Origin: the human T2T-CHM13v2.0 reference genome, Homo sapiens
Direction: 5' to 3' (one strand)
DNA length: 64,000 bases
Assembly: GCF_009914755.1 (NCBI RefSeq)
Contig: NC_060929.1
The position numbers and the translations under genes are program-made. Of the stretch, positions 45,745 through 59,240 are shown piece by piece (position 1 is the first letter of the stretch; every line of letters starts with the position of its first letter). Below the pieces are notes generated by a model, which saw only the letters and a list, made by a program, of their open reading frames with translations, was not told where the DNA came from and searched no databases.

Positions 45745-46260
45745 GACAGGTAGCAAATCTGGTGTCTTAGCCTCCAAAGTAGCCCCCAGTCATCTTCACC
45801 TCCTGGTGTCCACACTTTTGTGTAGTTTCCTCTCCCATTGAATCACAGCTGCTCAGCATGGCTAATTAAGTATGGCAAAAGTGATGGTGTATGATTTCTG
45901 AACCTAGGTAATGAAGGGTGGGTTTTTAGATAAAATACAGTATATCCAATTAACTTTGAATTTCAGATAATAAAAATTTAGTGTGTGTCCCAAATATTGC
46001 ATGTGTCATGCTTATACTAACACTTCATTTATTATTTACCTGAAATTCAAATTTAACTGGGTGTTATGTAGTTTTATTTGTGAAACCTGGCAGCCCTATA
46101 AAGGGCATTTTGGCTTCCACCTTCTTCTTTTAAATTGCTGTTTATGTTGTGAGGACACTCAAATAGACTTGTGGATAGACCCAGTGTGGAGAGGAGCTGA
46201 GGCTTCCTACCACTAGCCAGCACCGATCTGCTGCCTATGTGAGACGGCAACCTTGGGACC
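45745..46260 (+). mobile_element. MLT1-family LTR fragment interrupted by MER53
   Basis: CACCTCCTGGTGTCCACAC..TGTGTAG, GGCAAAAGTGATGG, GAGGAGCTGAGGCTTCCT. Confidence 0.6.
45915..46097. mobile_element. MER53 palindromic MITE
   Basis: Inverted arms TTAACTTTGAATTTCAGATAA / TTACCTGAAATTCAAATTTAA; termini AGGGT...CCCT. Confidence 0.8.
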
Positions 46261-46429
46261 ACTGTTATGGCTCAGATATCTCTTTATGTAACACAATTTG
46301 TCTCTTACTTCTTGTTTGTTTGATTATATCCTTAGTGGCTACTCTAGCCTGTGGGTTCCACTAGAACAGTTATATGAGTTTTGCTCCCCATTGTGCCCAA
46401 GTGCTTAGTACACCACAGTGCCAGGCACT

Positions 46430-46600
46430 TGATTGGTTTCAGTTTTGTAAAATGATGTAAAATGTGCTCTGAGCCTCACTGTCTTCATCTATAAGAAGGG
46501 ATAAAAATGGTATCCACCTTATAGGGCTGGTGTGAAGATTAAATGAGTTAATATGCTTAGAAATGTGCCTGGTACATAAGTTCCAAGGCTCAGTACACAT
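46430..46600. mobile_element. MIR relic
   Basis: CTCTGAGCCTCACTGTCTTCATCTATAA...GTGAAGATTAAATGAG. Confidence 0.7.
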
Positions 46601-47301
46601 GGGAAGAAGCTTCCTTCTCAATAATTAGCTTGCAATAGAATCACCTGGAGGTCTGGTTAAAACTCTAATTACTCTGATTACTGGGCCTCAACCTCCTGAG
46701 ATTTTGATTAAGTAGGTCTGGGAGTGGCCAGGTGATGCTGACACTGCTAATTTTGGGACTGAGCCTCTGCTTTAGCTTAATGCTTTCCATGACTGTGACC
46801 ATGCTGTGAGAGTGCCTTCTCATTTCTGTTTATAAATGATTTGTGTTGGCTGGGTGCAGACCTCAGCTCCAGCAGAGCTGTCAAGAGTGTGAAGTCTGAT
46901 TTCTCTTAACTCAAGCAGGCATAGAAGTCTCTGATTTATTTCTGGCTATAATCAATACCTCTAGGCTAAGGGATGATCTTAGCCAGCAGGAAGTCTAAAA
47001 TAGTAGAAAGATAGCAGCCTCTGTTCTAAATTCAGAGGTGAGCTCTGTTCAACTACTGCCATTTTTGCTGGCTCCTGGGCCCTGATCTTAGCCTGTTTGA
47101 AGTGCTAAATATATACATTCAGCTGAAGTCCTCACTGTACTCCAGTGTGGGGGGAAATTTCCTAGTAAATAATCCTGTAGTGGATCAGACACAAATGTTT
47201 TGTGGCCTCCTAATTGGCACAAGTTTAAAGTATTAAAGAGAACCTACAAGCATTTCCTATCATTAAACCCCTTTCCAGGTCACAAACATCTCCCAAAGTA
47301 G

Positions 47302-47844
47302 TGTAGGAGAGAAAAACTTTTCCTCTACTGTCTTCAGTTATTTGCTTGAGGCCTATAATTAAACTAATAAAAGATCAACAGGAGAAAAGGTATACACATT
47401 TTGTGAACATTTTTACTTGCATAGGGGCTTCACAGAAAAGAAATGAAAACCCAAAGAGGTGGTTAGACCTGGTGACTTATATACCATTTTAACAAAGGGT
47501 GATAAATTGTGGAGAAATGACTAAACAAAGGAAAAAGGGATTTGGGATCCTAAGTGTGATAAATTGTGAAAGTGACTAGGAAATGTAGATAAGTTTTGTT
47601 TTGTAAAGTTTGTTATGCAGACTTGGGTTGTCTCTGGTGATAAGAATTGTCTCTGGAGTTGCTCCCTTTTTCCTTGTAGAAAGAAGGGAACATCTTTACA
47701 AAGGAAATCTATGCCCTGCTTTTAGACAGAAAGGGGGAGGGCAGAGAGCTCTTCCTGTTTCTGCTGTTTCTCAATTGCCTTCAACTAAAAATAATCCTTA
47801 CGCTAAAGTAGCATATTTGGGTTAGCATATTCTGATCCCTTTCA
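47302..47844 (-). mobile_element. MER34/MER39-like ERV1 solo LTR
   Basis: Reverse complement begins TGAAAGGGATCAGAATATGCTAACCCAAATATGC; TG...CA; near-TSD GTAG/GCAG. Confidence 0.78.
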
Positions 47845-47871
47845 GCAGTATTTCTCAAACTAACCAACTTT

Positions 47872-48203
47872 CTTCCTTCCTTCCTTCTCTTTTCTTTTCT
47901 TCCTTCCTTTTTCTGTGTTTTCAAACAGGGTCTCCCTTTGTCACCCAGGCTGGAGTGCAGTAGTATGATCTAGGCTCACTGTAGCATTGATCTCCTGAGC
48001 TCAAGCAGTTATCCCACATCAGCCTCTTGAGTAGCTAGGGCTACAGGTGCATGCTAGTCCATCTGGCTAATTTTTAATATTTTTTTAGAGATGGGGTTTC
48101 ACCATGTCGCTCAGGCTGGTTTAGAACTCCTGGGCTCAAGGAGTCTTCCCTGCCTGGGCCTTTCAAAGTGCTGGGATTTCAGGCATGAGCCATGATGTCT
48201 GGC
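47872..48203 (-). mobile_element. AluJ with (TTCC)n tail, inside a MER5A-like element (~47847-48320)
   Basis: Diverged Alu; flanks CAGTATTTCTCAAAC and AAATCACCTG...CTGATTCAGTAGATCTGGG. Confidence 0.85.
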
Positions 48204-50694
48204 AAGACTTTTATGTTCATACAAATCACCTGAAGTTTTTGTTAAAATACTGACTCTGATTCAGTAGATCTGGGCTGGAGCCTTGACATTCCACATTTCT
48301 AAGAAGCTCCTTAGTGGTACCATATCAAGGAAGGTTTTGAGCCTCATTACAGAGCAACTGAACATGAATTTAGCGGGAGTAGAGTGCAGGTGCCAGGCAC
48401 CAAGTATTAGACCCTGCTACACAGTGAGGGTTGAGGATCACTGCTCTACATTCAGATGCTTGATGTCATTGTTTATTTTTGCCAGTGTACACCTCCACCA
48501 TCCATGTAGCCTAGCCTGTACTACTTTTTTATTCCTACAGGACCCAGGACAAATGGAATCTTTGCCTTCCTAAGCCCTACAGGCACCTATTTTAAATTCA
48601 AGCAAACATCAACATCAAGGGAGCCAAGCACTACACAAACTGTATATTTGGAAAGAAAATGGTGTATTTATTGCTTATGCCCTTAAAGGAAAAATGGGAC
48701 AAACCATTTGAAATCAGAAGGTACTAAAAATTACGAGATATGCAGTCCCCACACTGTGTTCCCTGCAATTTGGCCACAGGAATTCTCTGAGTGGCCTTTG
48801 CTTAGCTCCATCTCTGGGTAGGATGGGCCTTTGGCCATCCATGTTACACTTTGATCCTGACTCAGCTCTTATCTTTTCTATACATTTAAGTCCCTTCAGA
48901 GGTTCAAGTCTACTCTAGGTTAATACCTCAGGCCTTTCAGGCACATAAGTAATATTTTTAAAAAAAGCATCCTCATATACAGAAAATTTCCCCCAAATTT
49001 ATCCTTCTTTGTAACATATCTATGATCTCACATTTAAATGTTATCACACTTACAGCAAAGGCAATGCTAAGAGGAAAGTTCGTAGCCTTAAATGTCTTCA
49101 TCAAAAAGTCTGAAAGAGCACAAACAGGCAATCTAAGGTCATGGCTCAAGGAACTAGAGAAACAAACAAACCAAACCCAAACCCAGCAGAAGAAAGGGAA
49201 TAACCAAGATCAGAGCAGAACTAAATGAAATTGAAACAAACAAACAAACAAAAAACAAAGACAAATGAAACAAAAAACTTGTTCTTTGAAAAATATAAAT
49301 AAAATTGAAAGACCATTAGCAAGATTAACCAAGGAAAGAAGAGAGAAGATCTAAATAAGCTCAGTTAGAAATGAAATGAGAGATATTACAACTGATACCA
49401 CAGAAATACAGATCATTCAAGGCTACTATGAACACTTTTTCACATATAAACTAGAAAACCTAGAGGAGATGGATAAATTCCTGGAAAGATACAACCCTCT
49501 TAGCTTAAATCAGAAAGAATTAGAAGCCCTGAACAGACCAATAACAAGCAGAGAGATTGAAGTAGTAATAAAAATATTACCAACAACAACAACAAAAAGT
49601 CCTGGACCAGATGGATTCACAGCTGAATTCTACCAGACATTCAAAGAATTGGTACCAATTCTATTGACACTATTCCACAAGATAGAGAAAGAGGGAATCC
49701 TCCCTAAATAATTTTATGAAGCCAGTACCACCCTAATACACAAACCAGGGAAGGACATAACAAAAAAAGAAAACTACAGACTAATGTCTCTGATGAACAT
49801 AGATGCAAAAATCCTCAACAAAATACTAGTTAACTGAATCCAACAGCATATCAAAAAGGTAATCTACCATGATCAAGTGGGTTTCATATCATGAATGCAG
49901 GGATGATTTAACATGCACAAGTCAATAAATGTGATACACCACATAAACAGAATTAGAAAAAAAATCACATGGTCATCTCAATAGAGGCAGAAAAAGCATT
50001 TGACAAAGTCCAGCATCACTTTATGATTAAAACCTTCAGCAAAATCAGCATACAAAGGACATACCTCAATGTAATAAAAGCCATCTATGACAAACCCCCA
50101 CAGCCAACATAACACTGAATGGAGAAAAGTTGAAAGCATTCCCTGTGAAAACTGGAACGAGACAAGGATGCTCACTCTCACCACTTCTATTCAATATAGT
50201 ACTGAAATTCCTAGCCAGAGCAATCAGACAAGAGAAAGAAATGGCATCAAATCAGTAAAGAGAAAGTCAAATTGTCACTGTTTGCAGATGATCTCATTGT
50301 ATACCTAGAAAACCCTAAAGACTCCTCCAGAAAGCTCCTGGAATTGATAAATGAATTCAGCAAAGTTTCAGGATATAAAATTAATGTACACAAATCACTA
50401 GCTCTGCTGCACACCAACAGCAACCAAGCTGAGAATGAAATCAAGAACTCAATCCCTTTATGATAGCTGCAAAAAAATAAAATAAAATACTTAGGAATAT
50501 ACTTAACCAAGGAGGTGAAAGACCTGTACGAGGAAAACTACAAAACACTGCTGAAAGAAATCATAGATGACACAAATGGAAACACATCCATGCTCATGGA
50601 TGGATAGAATCAATATTGTGAAAATGACCATACTGCCAAAAGCAATCTACAGATTCAATGCAATTCCCATCAAAATACCACCATCATTCTTCAC

Positions 50695-50730
<36 letters not shown>

Positions 50731-50787
50731 AAATTCATATGGAACCTAAAAAGAGCCTGCATAGCTAAAGCAAGACTAAGCAAAAAG

Positions 50788-51074
50788 GGCTGGGTGCGGT
50801 GGCTCACGCCTGTAATCCCATCACTTTGGGAGGCTGAGGTGGGCAGATCACCTAAGGTCAGGAGTTTGAAACCAGCCTGGCCAACATGATGAGCCCCTGT
50901 GTCTACTGAAAATACAAAAATTAGCCAGGCATGGTGGCAGGTGCTTGTAATCCCAGCTACTAGAGAGGCTGAGGCAGGAGAATCACTTGAACCCCAGGAG
51001 GCTTTGGTTTCAATGAGCCGAAATCACACCATTGCACTCTAGCCTGGGCGACAAGAGCAAAACTCTGTCTCAAA

Positions 51075-51105
<31 letters not shown>

Positions 51106-51131
51106 AACAAAAAACAACAACAACAACAACA
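50788..51131 (+). mobile_element. Alu (AluS-type) in L1, with (CA)n/(CAA)n tail
   Basis: TSD AA(G/A)ACTAAGCAAAAAG at 50772 and 51132. Confidence 0.95.
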
Positions 51132-52216
51132 AAAACTAAGCAAAAAGAACAAATCTGGAGGCATCACATTACCTGACTTCAAACTATACTATAAGGCTCT
51201 AGTTACCAAAACAGTGCGGTACTGGTATAAAAATAGCCACATAGCCCAACGGAACAGAAGAGAGAACACACAAATAAACCCAAATACTTAGAGCCAAATG
51301 ATCTTCAACAGAGCAAACAAAAACATAAAGTGGGGGAAGGGACACTCTATTCAACAAGTGGTGCTGAGATAATTGGCTAGCCACATGTAGGAGAATGAAA
51401 CTGGATCCTCATTTCTCACCTTATATAAAAATCAACTCAAGATGGATCAAGGACTCAAATCTAAGACCTGAAACCAAAAATTCTAGAAGATAACATCAGA
51501 AAAACCCTTCTAGACATTGGCTTAGGCAAAGATATCGTGACCAGGAACCCAAAAGCAAATGCAACAAAAGCAAAGATAAATAGGTGTGACTTAATTAAAC
51601 TAAAGAGCGTTTTGCATGGCAAAAGGAACATTCAGCAGAGTAAACAGACAACCCATAAAGTGGGAGAAGATCTTCACAATCTATACATCTGACAAAGGAC
51701 TAATATCCAGAATCTACAAGGAACTCAAACAAATAGCAAGAAAAAAACAGTCTTATCAAAAAGTGGGCTAAGGACATGAATAGACAGTTCTCAAAAGAAG
51801 ATATACAAATGGCCAACAAACACATGAAAAAATGCTCAGCATCACTAATGATCAGGGAAATGGAAATCAAAACCACAATGCAATACCACCTTACTCCTGC
51901 AAGAATGGGAATAATAAAAAAATAATAGATGTTGGCGTGGATACAGTGAAAGGGGAATACTTGTACACTGCTGGTGGGAACGTAAACTAGTACAACCACT
52001 ATGGAAAACAGTGTGGAGATTCCTTAAAGAACTAAAAGTATAACTACCATTTGACCCAGCAATCCCACTACTGGGTATCTACCCAGAAAAAAAGAGGTCA
52101 TTATAAGAAAAAGATACTTTCACATGCATGTTTATAGCAGCACAACTTGCAGTTGTGAAAACGTGGAACCAACCCAAATGCCCATCAATCAACAAGTGGA
52201 TACAGAAACTATGGAA

Positions 52217-52325
52217 TATATATATATATATTAGAATAGAATAGAATATTATATATATCATAATATATACTCATACATACATTATATATAATATATATAT
52301 CATATATTACATATGATATATACAT
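52217..52325. repeat. (TA)n-rich low-complexity expansion within L1
   Basis: Direct reading. Confidence 0.85.
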
Positions 52326-52506
52326 GATAGAATACTACTCAGCCATAAAATGGAATGAATTAATGGCATTTGTAGCAACCTGAATGGGATTAGAGAGTAT
52401 TATTCTAGGGGAAGTAACTCAGGAATAGAAAATCAAACATTATGTGTCCTCAATCATAAGTGGGAGCTAAGCTATGAGGATGCAAAGGTGTAAGAATGAT
52501 ACAATG

Positions 52507-52802
52507 GGCCGAGTGTGGTGGCTCACATCTGTATTCCCAGCACTTTGGGAAGCCAAGGTGGAATTGGATCACCTGAGGTCAGGAGTTTGAGACCAGCCTG
52601 GCCAACATGAAACCCCATCTCTACTAAAAATATGAGAATTAGCTGGGCATGGTGGCACACACCTGTAGTCTCACTTACTTGGGAAGATAAGGCAGGAGAA
52701 TCGCTTGAACCCAGGAGGCAGAGGTTGCAGTGAGCTGAGACCGTGCCACTGTACTCCAGCCTAGATGACAGAGACTCTGTCTCAAAAAAAAAAAAAAAAA
52801 AA
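52507..52802 (+). mobile_element. Alu (AluS-type) in L1 3'UTR
   Basis: TSD core ATACAAT. Confidence 0.95.
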
Positions 52803-53264
52803 TACAATAGACTTTGGGGGAAAGGGTGGGAATGGGGTGAGGGATAAAAGACTACAAATTGGGTACAGTGTACACTGCTCGGGTGATAGGTGCACCAAAA
52901 TCTCACAAATTACCACTAAAGAACTTACTCATGTAACCAAATACCATTCCAAATACCAAATAATGTTCCCCCAAAACCTATGGAAATAAAAATTTAAAAA
53001 ATAAATAGAAATACAAAATATAAAAAAAATCAAATGTAGCAAAAGAAATGTTACCACCCATATTGAGGGTGTGAAACCTCAATTCACGATTATTTTTGAG
53101 AAAAAAACTGTTTAATTGTAAGCCCACCTTGAAAAGGAGGCTTCTAGCATATCACATTTCTCTGTTACCCTTATTCATGTTCCAAGGCTAGACTGAGAAG
53201 ACTTTCTCCTTTGTTAACAAAATACAGCTTCTCATTTGGAAAACTGCCAAGCAGATACAAAGTA

Positions 53265-53295
53265 GTGATCCACCTGCCTTGGCCTCCCAAAGTGC
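53265..53295 (-). mobile_element. Isolated 31-bp internal Alu fragment
   Basis: GTGATCCACCTGCCTTGGCCTCCCAAAGTGC with no tail or other Alu sequence nearby. Confidence 0.75.
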
Positions 53296-55145
53296 CTCTT
53301 CTTCTCTAATTTAAGTTTTCTTAGAAGGTTTTGGTGATTCTAATATGTACTCATACGTATTCAAGTGAAATGCTATACCAAAGTGGGGAGCAGAGTGCAA
53401 AAAAGGAAATTTCATTATGCACAAAATAGAAAATCAACCTCAAAACCAGACTTCTCATAACAGAAAATGGATCTGTACAACTGGCGATCATTTGCCATCA
53501 AAGATGAATTTTAAAATATTTTGTTTTAAGAATCATTTTATAAATGATAAATAAGCCAGAGGAAGAAGATAAAAATCACTTAGAAACTCATCACCAAAGA
53601 TGGCCACTGCATCCATTTTGGCATCTGTTTTCCAGGCTTTATTCTATATCTATCTAAATCTATGTCTACACATGTATATATATACACATATATATGAATA
53701 TGGAGAATTTTTTCCAAAAATGAGATAATACAGACAATTATAATTTAAATTCATTGTGAATTACCATCTTCCAATTATTAATTTATTAGAGCTTTTTCAG
53801 TTGAATTAATATGGCTAATATCTCAACATTTTCTTATTTTATTCTTGGTAACTTACACATTCATTTCTCTGTGCAAGGATTGTGTACATAGTGATTACTT
53901 AATAGTGTCCATTTCATTTAAATTACAATTGGCTTTACTAAACACTTCAGGAGCCCCAGCTTTAACATTTCATGTTTCTTGTCTTTAAAAATGTAAGCCT
54001 AATTTTTACTGTACCAAGTAATGTAAATTTCACTTCATTTCCATCATTTCTTCAAGGAATGAGGGTTGGAAATGAAAATCTTTGTTCTTAGGAATTACTT
54101 ACTGCATGAAGAAAAACAATTAGTATCTTACACATGGGAAACAAATAATGCATCCGATGAAAATAAAGAGAAATTTAAATTATGATTTACTGCTTATGAA
54201 AATGACTTTGTTTATGAAATGAAGTTTGGCAATCTCTCAATGAATACAGTAATTTAAGTAAATTTTGCATTAAGAATGAATTATAGTGAGGATTTTCTAT
54301 TGTGACATGGTAAGATTTTAATGGCCATTTGTTTTGAAGCAAGTCTCTGAAAAGAATTGGTCAAGTGCCAGAAGCTCATTGTAATGACAAATTGCTCACA
54401 ATGAATTGCTTTGAAAGAAAACACTACTTTTTGTTTTTGAAACAAATTTATATAAGGGCTAGACTTATTCCAGTATCTATAAATAATATTATCTGACCAT
54501 AAGCTTAAGAGGGCCAATTTTATCTTTTCTAGTTTGTGACTTTCAGATGTTACTAAACCTTCTACCTATGTTCTTTGTGGCTGCAGAGTTGAGTAATGTG
54601 TTATCATTGCTAGTGATGTATTACTCTTTCACATGCCCTTATTATGCAAACATACAAGACTTTGTTGATTAGTTTAAGTTTTGTAGTTCTTTAAAGTGGT
54701 CATTAAAATATGAGGTTTTCTCTCCCTTTGTTCCACTCTTTGAGGATTCAGAATTGTCCATATGTTTTTAATAGGTCATCTTCAGAGTTTCAATTCCTAA
54801 AATAAATAAAAAACCTTTTTCTCAAGCTCTACATTGATTTACAAAGACAACTGTTGTTAAAATTGTAATTACCTGTATTTCAAGTAATGTTATTTGTAAT
54901 ATGAATTACATAAAATCAATGAGAATACAAATTAATATTGTCCATTTTCACAAATGAGTAAGATGGCTGCCAATTTTTAAAAGCAAACATGTGTCTTCAT
55001 TTGATTAATAGTTCTAGAATTACATTGATGGATTCAAGGAAAAAACAGAGAACTGGGAGCAAAGTAATCATTTATTTTTGAAACCCTAAATCTGCTTCTG
55101 ACTTGGTTGCCTTACTCATCTTGGACCTATATCCATGGACCATCT

Positions 55146-55375
55146 CTAGGGCCAGACCCAAGTCATGTAGGGTTTGATGCTTATACAATTTTGGAGGCTC
55201 TCTTCAAGAAAATAGTTTAAAAAATATTTTACTTTTGCAAAATTTACAAAAATAGTTGACCACATTAACTCAATATCAGGGCTTCTCACTGAGCCACAAA
55301 AGGGCATGATGAAGCCGTGATGCAAATGATGAGCCTGAAGATTAAGCTTCATTACACGGTAAATCCACCTCTGGA
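55146..55375. mobile_element. hAT-Tip100 (MER115/Zaphod-like) DNA transposon relic
   Basis: GCTTATACAATTTTGGAGGCTCTCTT and GCCTGAAGATTAAGCTTCATTA...GGTAAATCCACCTCTG. Confidence 0.55.
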
Positions 55376-56135
55376 CTTATATGCATAACAAAACTGGAAT
55401 ATGCATCTGTAGTAACTCTCCCCATTAGAAGATTTATTTGTGTGTGGCTTGTGGAAATCAGTTTTATTACTTAGTCATGTTATCTAGAAAAAGCACTGGG
55501 GAAAAATCATATATTGATGAATTAGTGAAAGATTTTGCGCAGCACATAGCAGTGGACTTTGTGGGATCACTATGTGGCCAATTTGATTCTACTAGGAGGA
55601 CGGCTGGTACAATTTTAGAGTTCTTGGTGACTAACCATTATCATGGTTATTTAAAAACAACAACAAATTAAAAAACAGTTAATTTTTGTTTTGCTATATA
55701 AATTAAACCTTGACTAGGATCTTCAAATTTATTGGTTGCTTTGTACTGCAAACTAGTTTACTTGATCACATTTATGGATAGATAAGTAATAATACCAGGC
55801 AGTTTATACCATGGTCAAATACACAGCAGAGAAAAGCCAATACTACTATAATCACAGATGAAAGAAATCCTGAAATCCTGTAGAATCTGGAGAAGACCTC
55901 ACGGAAGTGGTGGGATTGAGTTTTACAGAAAGAGTAAGTGTATGTTTTAAACAGCAGAAATTATCTCAATCCTGGTGGCAACATCTGTTCTGGGGGTAAA
56001 GAAGAGAAGAGTTTCACCAAAATAGCAGGTCTCTGTGAAAGGAACTTATGGATGTCCATTTCAAAGAATAGAGAAAGGCCATATTATTAAAAGAAAAGGG
56101 CATTAAAATCAAACTGAAAGTCTGGGTTTCAATGT

Positions 56136-56318
56136 CAATGCTTTTTCAAAGTGTGGTCTCTACTCCAACAGCCTCATCCTCACCTGAAGCATGTTATATA
56201 TGTAAATTATCAGGCCCCACTCCAGTCCCACTGGATCTGAAACGGTGGAATGGGGCTGAGCGAACTGTTTTAGTAAGCCCTCCAGGTGATTTTGATGCTC
56301 ACTGGAGAACGATGCTCT
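56136..56318. mobile_element. MER5A DNA transposon
   Basis: CTTTTTCAAAGTGTGGTC ... AAGCCCTCCAGGTGATTTTGATGC. Confidence 0.75.
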
Positions 56319-57949
56319 AAATGATATGAAGCTGCAGATTTCTGAAAGGTATGTAAAGTGATGTTTCTGTAGGATTAAGGTGGCAACTGTGGTTTAGATT
56401 GGATAGAGAAGAGATTGGAGGCAGGAAAGTCTATTTTAAAACATAACATCTTAATCAGCATAACATATATATACTATCATACCTGCTGCTGAATTCCAAA
56501 GCTGTTCTTTGTCAGGGTTTTAGCATCTTCATTTTGTGCTACAACATATTATGTTGTGGCAATATACCTTAGTGAGCCTGCTTTAAATTATTTAACAATC
56601 AAGTAAATGCTTTCATTTTATTACAGTGAAAGCTAATTTAATGACTTTTAGCTAGTAACTAGTAGGAGGAAACTCCATCTTTGCACAAAAAACAATAAAA
56701 ATCCAGCAACCTTATAAATATACATCAGATAGATGGGGGACCATTTTTAGGTCATGAATTTGCATTATTTAAGAGAGCTTTAACAGAGACTCTCCTTCCC
56801 TAGACATAATAGTTTCAAATAAACATGCGCGAACTTGCAGTACTATGGGTTGTTTACGAGAGAGGGAGTGGAGAAAACGGAGAGAGAGGACAGAGATAGT
56901 GGTTATTCTGAAGAGCGAATGAGAGAGTGGGGGAGCAGAAGAGTGACGAGAAGAAAATGAAAGAAGAAAAATGCAGCAAGAGTATAAAAATTATGTGCCT
57001 TAAAAATCAGATCCATCAGCCATTTGGTCTCAGTGGATTAGTAGAGTAGGGAAGCCGTCTGCCTAGAAGCACTTGGTAATGAGCAACAGCTAGAACCGTC
57101 CAGTTGCAAAGAACTCATGCTTCTGTGCCTCAGGGCAAAAAATGACTGTAATGCTGCTGGATGGCCGCCCTTTAAGTGTTTTCTTAAGTTTGAAATCTTG
57201 GCACTTTTTATTTATCCATCTATAGAAAACCTGCTGTGTGAGAACCTCGCAGCAAATGTACTTATGGAACCCCATGTGTGAAGTGATATTGTTTACATAA
57301 GGCTTACACAATTTGAGAATAACGCAATTTGACAGAAGAGACAGGTTGATGAAATGTCTGTGGGTTTTTTTTTTTTTTTTTGGCATTATAGTTGAGTGGG
57401 TAGAACATAGCCATGGGAAAGCCGAGAGCTGGCCCCAGTTTCTGGCTCTGTTACTGACATCCTGTATGTTTCAGGGCAAGAGACATGGCTTCATCCCCAT
57501 ATCCGTTCTAGAGCTGGACGGGGGGCAGAGGGGTGCAAGGGATTGATTGTACATGGCTCCAGCACTTTTATCTTTTATAAGATGAGGAAAGTTATCCAAC
57601 AGATAACTTCCAAGCCACATGTGCCACGGGCAGTCTCCCCTCAGGTTAGGATGTAAAAAGAGAGCCTGTCATCAAGACCAAAACTTGAATATTGTTAGTG
57701 TTGGAACTGCATGGAGCAGCTGGTCAGGGAAGTAGGGTGGAGGCCTGGGAGAGTGTGATAAGAAAGGTCATGCTTGGTGTGGAAATTGGTAGGACTCTGG
57801 AATAAGTGCCCAAAAGCATTAGGCAAGTTGCAAGGGCCTTCGGCTGGAGAAGAGACCCAGAATCAGAGCACACCCGTGAGTTACGGTAAAATCAAGGCAG
57901 TGGGACCAACCCTGGAGGTGGTTAAGGAGCGAGGAGGGCGTGGTAAGGG

Positions 57950-58150
57950 AGTAATGATCACATGTACCCAGGGTTCACTAAATGCCAGGTACAGATTCAG
58001 CACTTTGACTATATTAATTCATTTAATCATCACAAACCCTCATGAAGTAGTACTATTATAATCCCCATTTTACAGATGAGCAAACTGAGGCACACCAAGG
58101 TTAAGATGATAGCATTGGTAGTGGCTTAAAGGCTGAGCATTTGGGCTAGC
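57950..58150. mobile_element. MIR relic
   Basis: CATTTAATCATCACAAACCC...CCCATTTTACAGATGAGCAAACTGAGGCAC. Confidence 0.75.
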
Positions 58151-58636
58151 TCCTGGCACTTCACAGGAATGGAAGAGGTGGGGTGAGGTAGATTTATGTG
58201 TGTAGATCAGAAATAAAGTTCCCAGTACACAGGTTAACTCTGTGGTCCAATCAGAAGGCTTCCTGCACACTTCCTGTAAGGGTGCTAGCCAAGTCCAGAA
58301 TGTGAAAGACTTATAGTAGAGCAGTTTCTCACCTCTCCCGACTCAGAGAATAGCGGCTGCGTGAATCTGTTTTACCACTCCAGGCCGATCCTGCCACTGT
58401 GATGCTCTGCCAGGCCTGGGAGACAGGAGATTGGTGGCCTCTGCACCAGTTTGGGGAGAGTGGGCTCGGTAGCATTACAAAACCACAGACTTACACAAAC
58501 TCTGTGTTTACCCAACAGAAAACGAAGTGGAAAGTTTGCAATTATGTAGCTTATTTGAACCAAGCAGTCATCCAAACCGGGTAATTTGACTCTCAGACAT
58601 AAACCGGTTACAGTAGAGAAGGGTTGAAAATGTGTT

Positions 58637-58679
58637 TCTCTCTCTCTGACACACACACATACACACACACACACACACA
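58637..58679. repeat. (TC)n(CA)n microsatellite
   Basis: Direct reading. Confidence 0.85.
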
Positions 58680-58942
58680 AAGCTTTGTTTGAGTAAAATG
58701 CAATTTGAAAACCTCACTTGAGTAACATAGTTGTTGAGATTCTTTTAGCTAAACTGTACTTTCAGAAGAGTAAGGCAGTGTACAATTTTGAAGAATAACA
58801 CTTTAATATATTGCCAAAGCTCACAATGCTTACGGTGATACTACAGGTGAATTCGTTTCTCTTTTCAGATAGAATATAACCTGCAAAGATCCTTGGAGCA
58901 TTCATTTTTCTATTAATTACTTCTTTTGAAAAACACAAGTTG

Positions 58943-59240
58943 GGCCGGGCATGGTGGCTCACGCCTGTAATCCCAGGACTTTGGGAGGCCGAGGCGGGTG
59001 GATCACGAGGTCAGGAGTTTAAGACCAGCCTGGCCAAGATGGTGAAACCCCGTCTTTACTAAAAATTAAAAAAAAAAAAAAATTAGTTGGGTTTGGTGGT
59101 GGGCGTCTGTAATCCCAGCTACTCGGGAGGCTGAGGCAGAAAATTGCTTGAACCAGGGAGGCAGAGGTTGCAGTGAGCCGAGATTGTGCCACTGCACTCC
59201 GGCCTGGGCGACAGAGTGAGACTTCGTCTCAAAAAAAAAA
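58943..59240 (+). mobile_element. Alu (AluSg/Sc-like)
   Basis: TSD AAACACAAGTTG; expanded linker A-tract. Confidence 0.95.

Larger units (their letters stand above)
49051..53040 (+). mobile_element. 5'-truncated L1PB-type LINE-1 (inactive ORF2 plus 3'UTR) with two nested Alus
   Basis: ORF2 peptides [28 protein letters not shown] and RT motif LFADD (50278-50292); many stops and frameshifts; L1PB-like 3'UTR, A-rich tail; TSD AAATGTTA(T/C)CAC(A/C)C at 49036 and 53046. Confidence 0.93.

Noticed and set aside
49022-50463. Reverse-transcriptase-like ORFs as a novel retroelement system
   Set aside because: Ordinary fragmented L1 ORF2 from a 5'-truncated, inactive copy
56820-57200. GA-rich, mildly CpG-containing stretch as a promoter or first exon
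   Set aside because: Too few CpGs; no convincing core-promoter or splice signal
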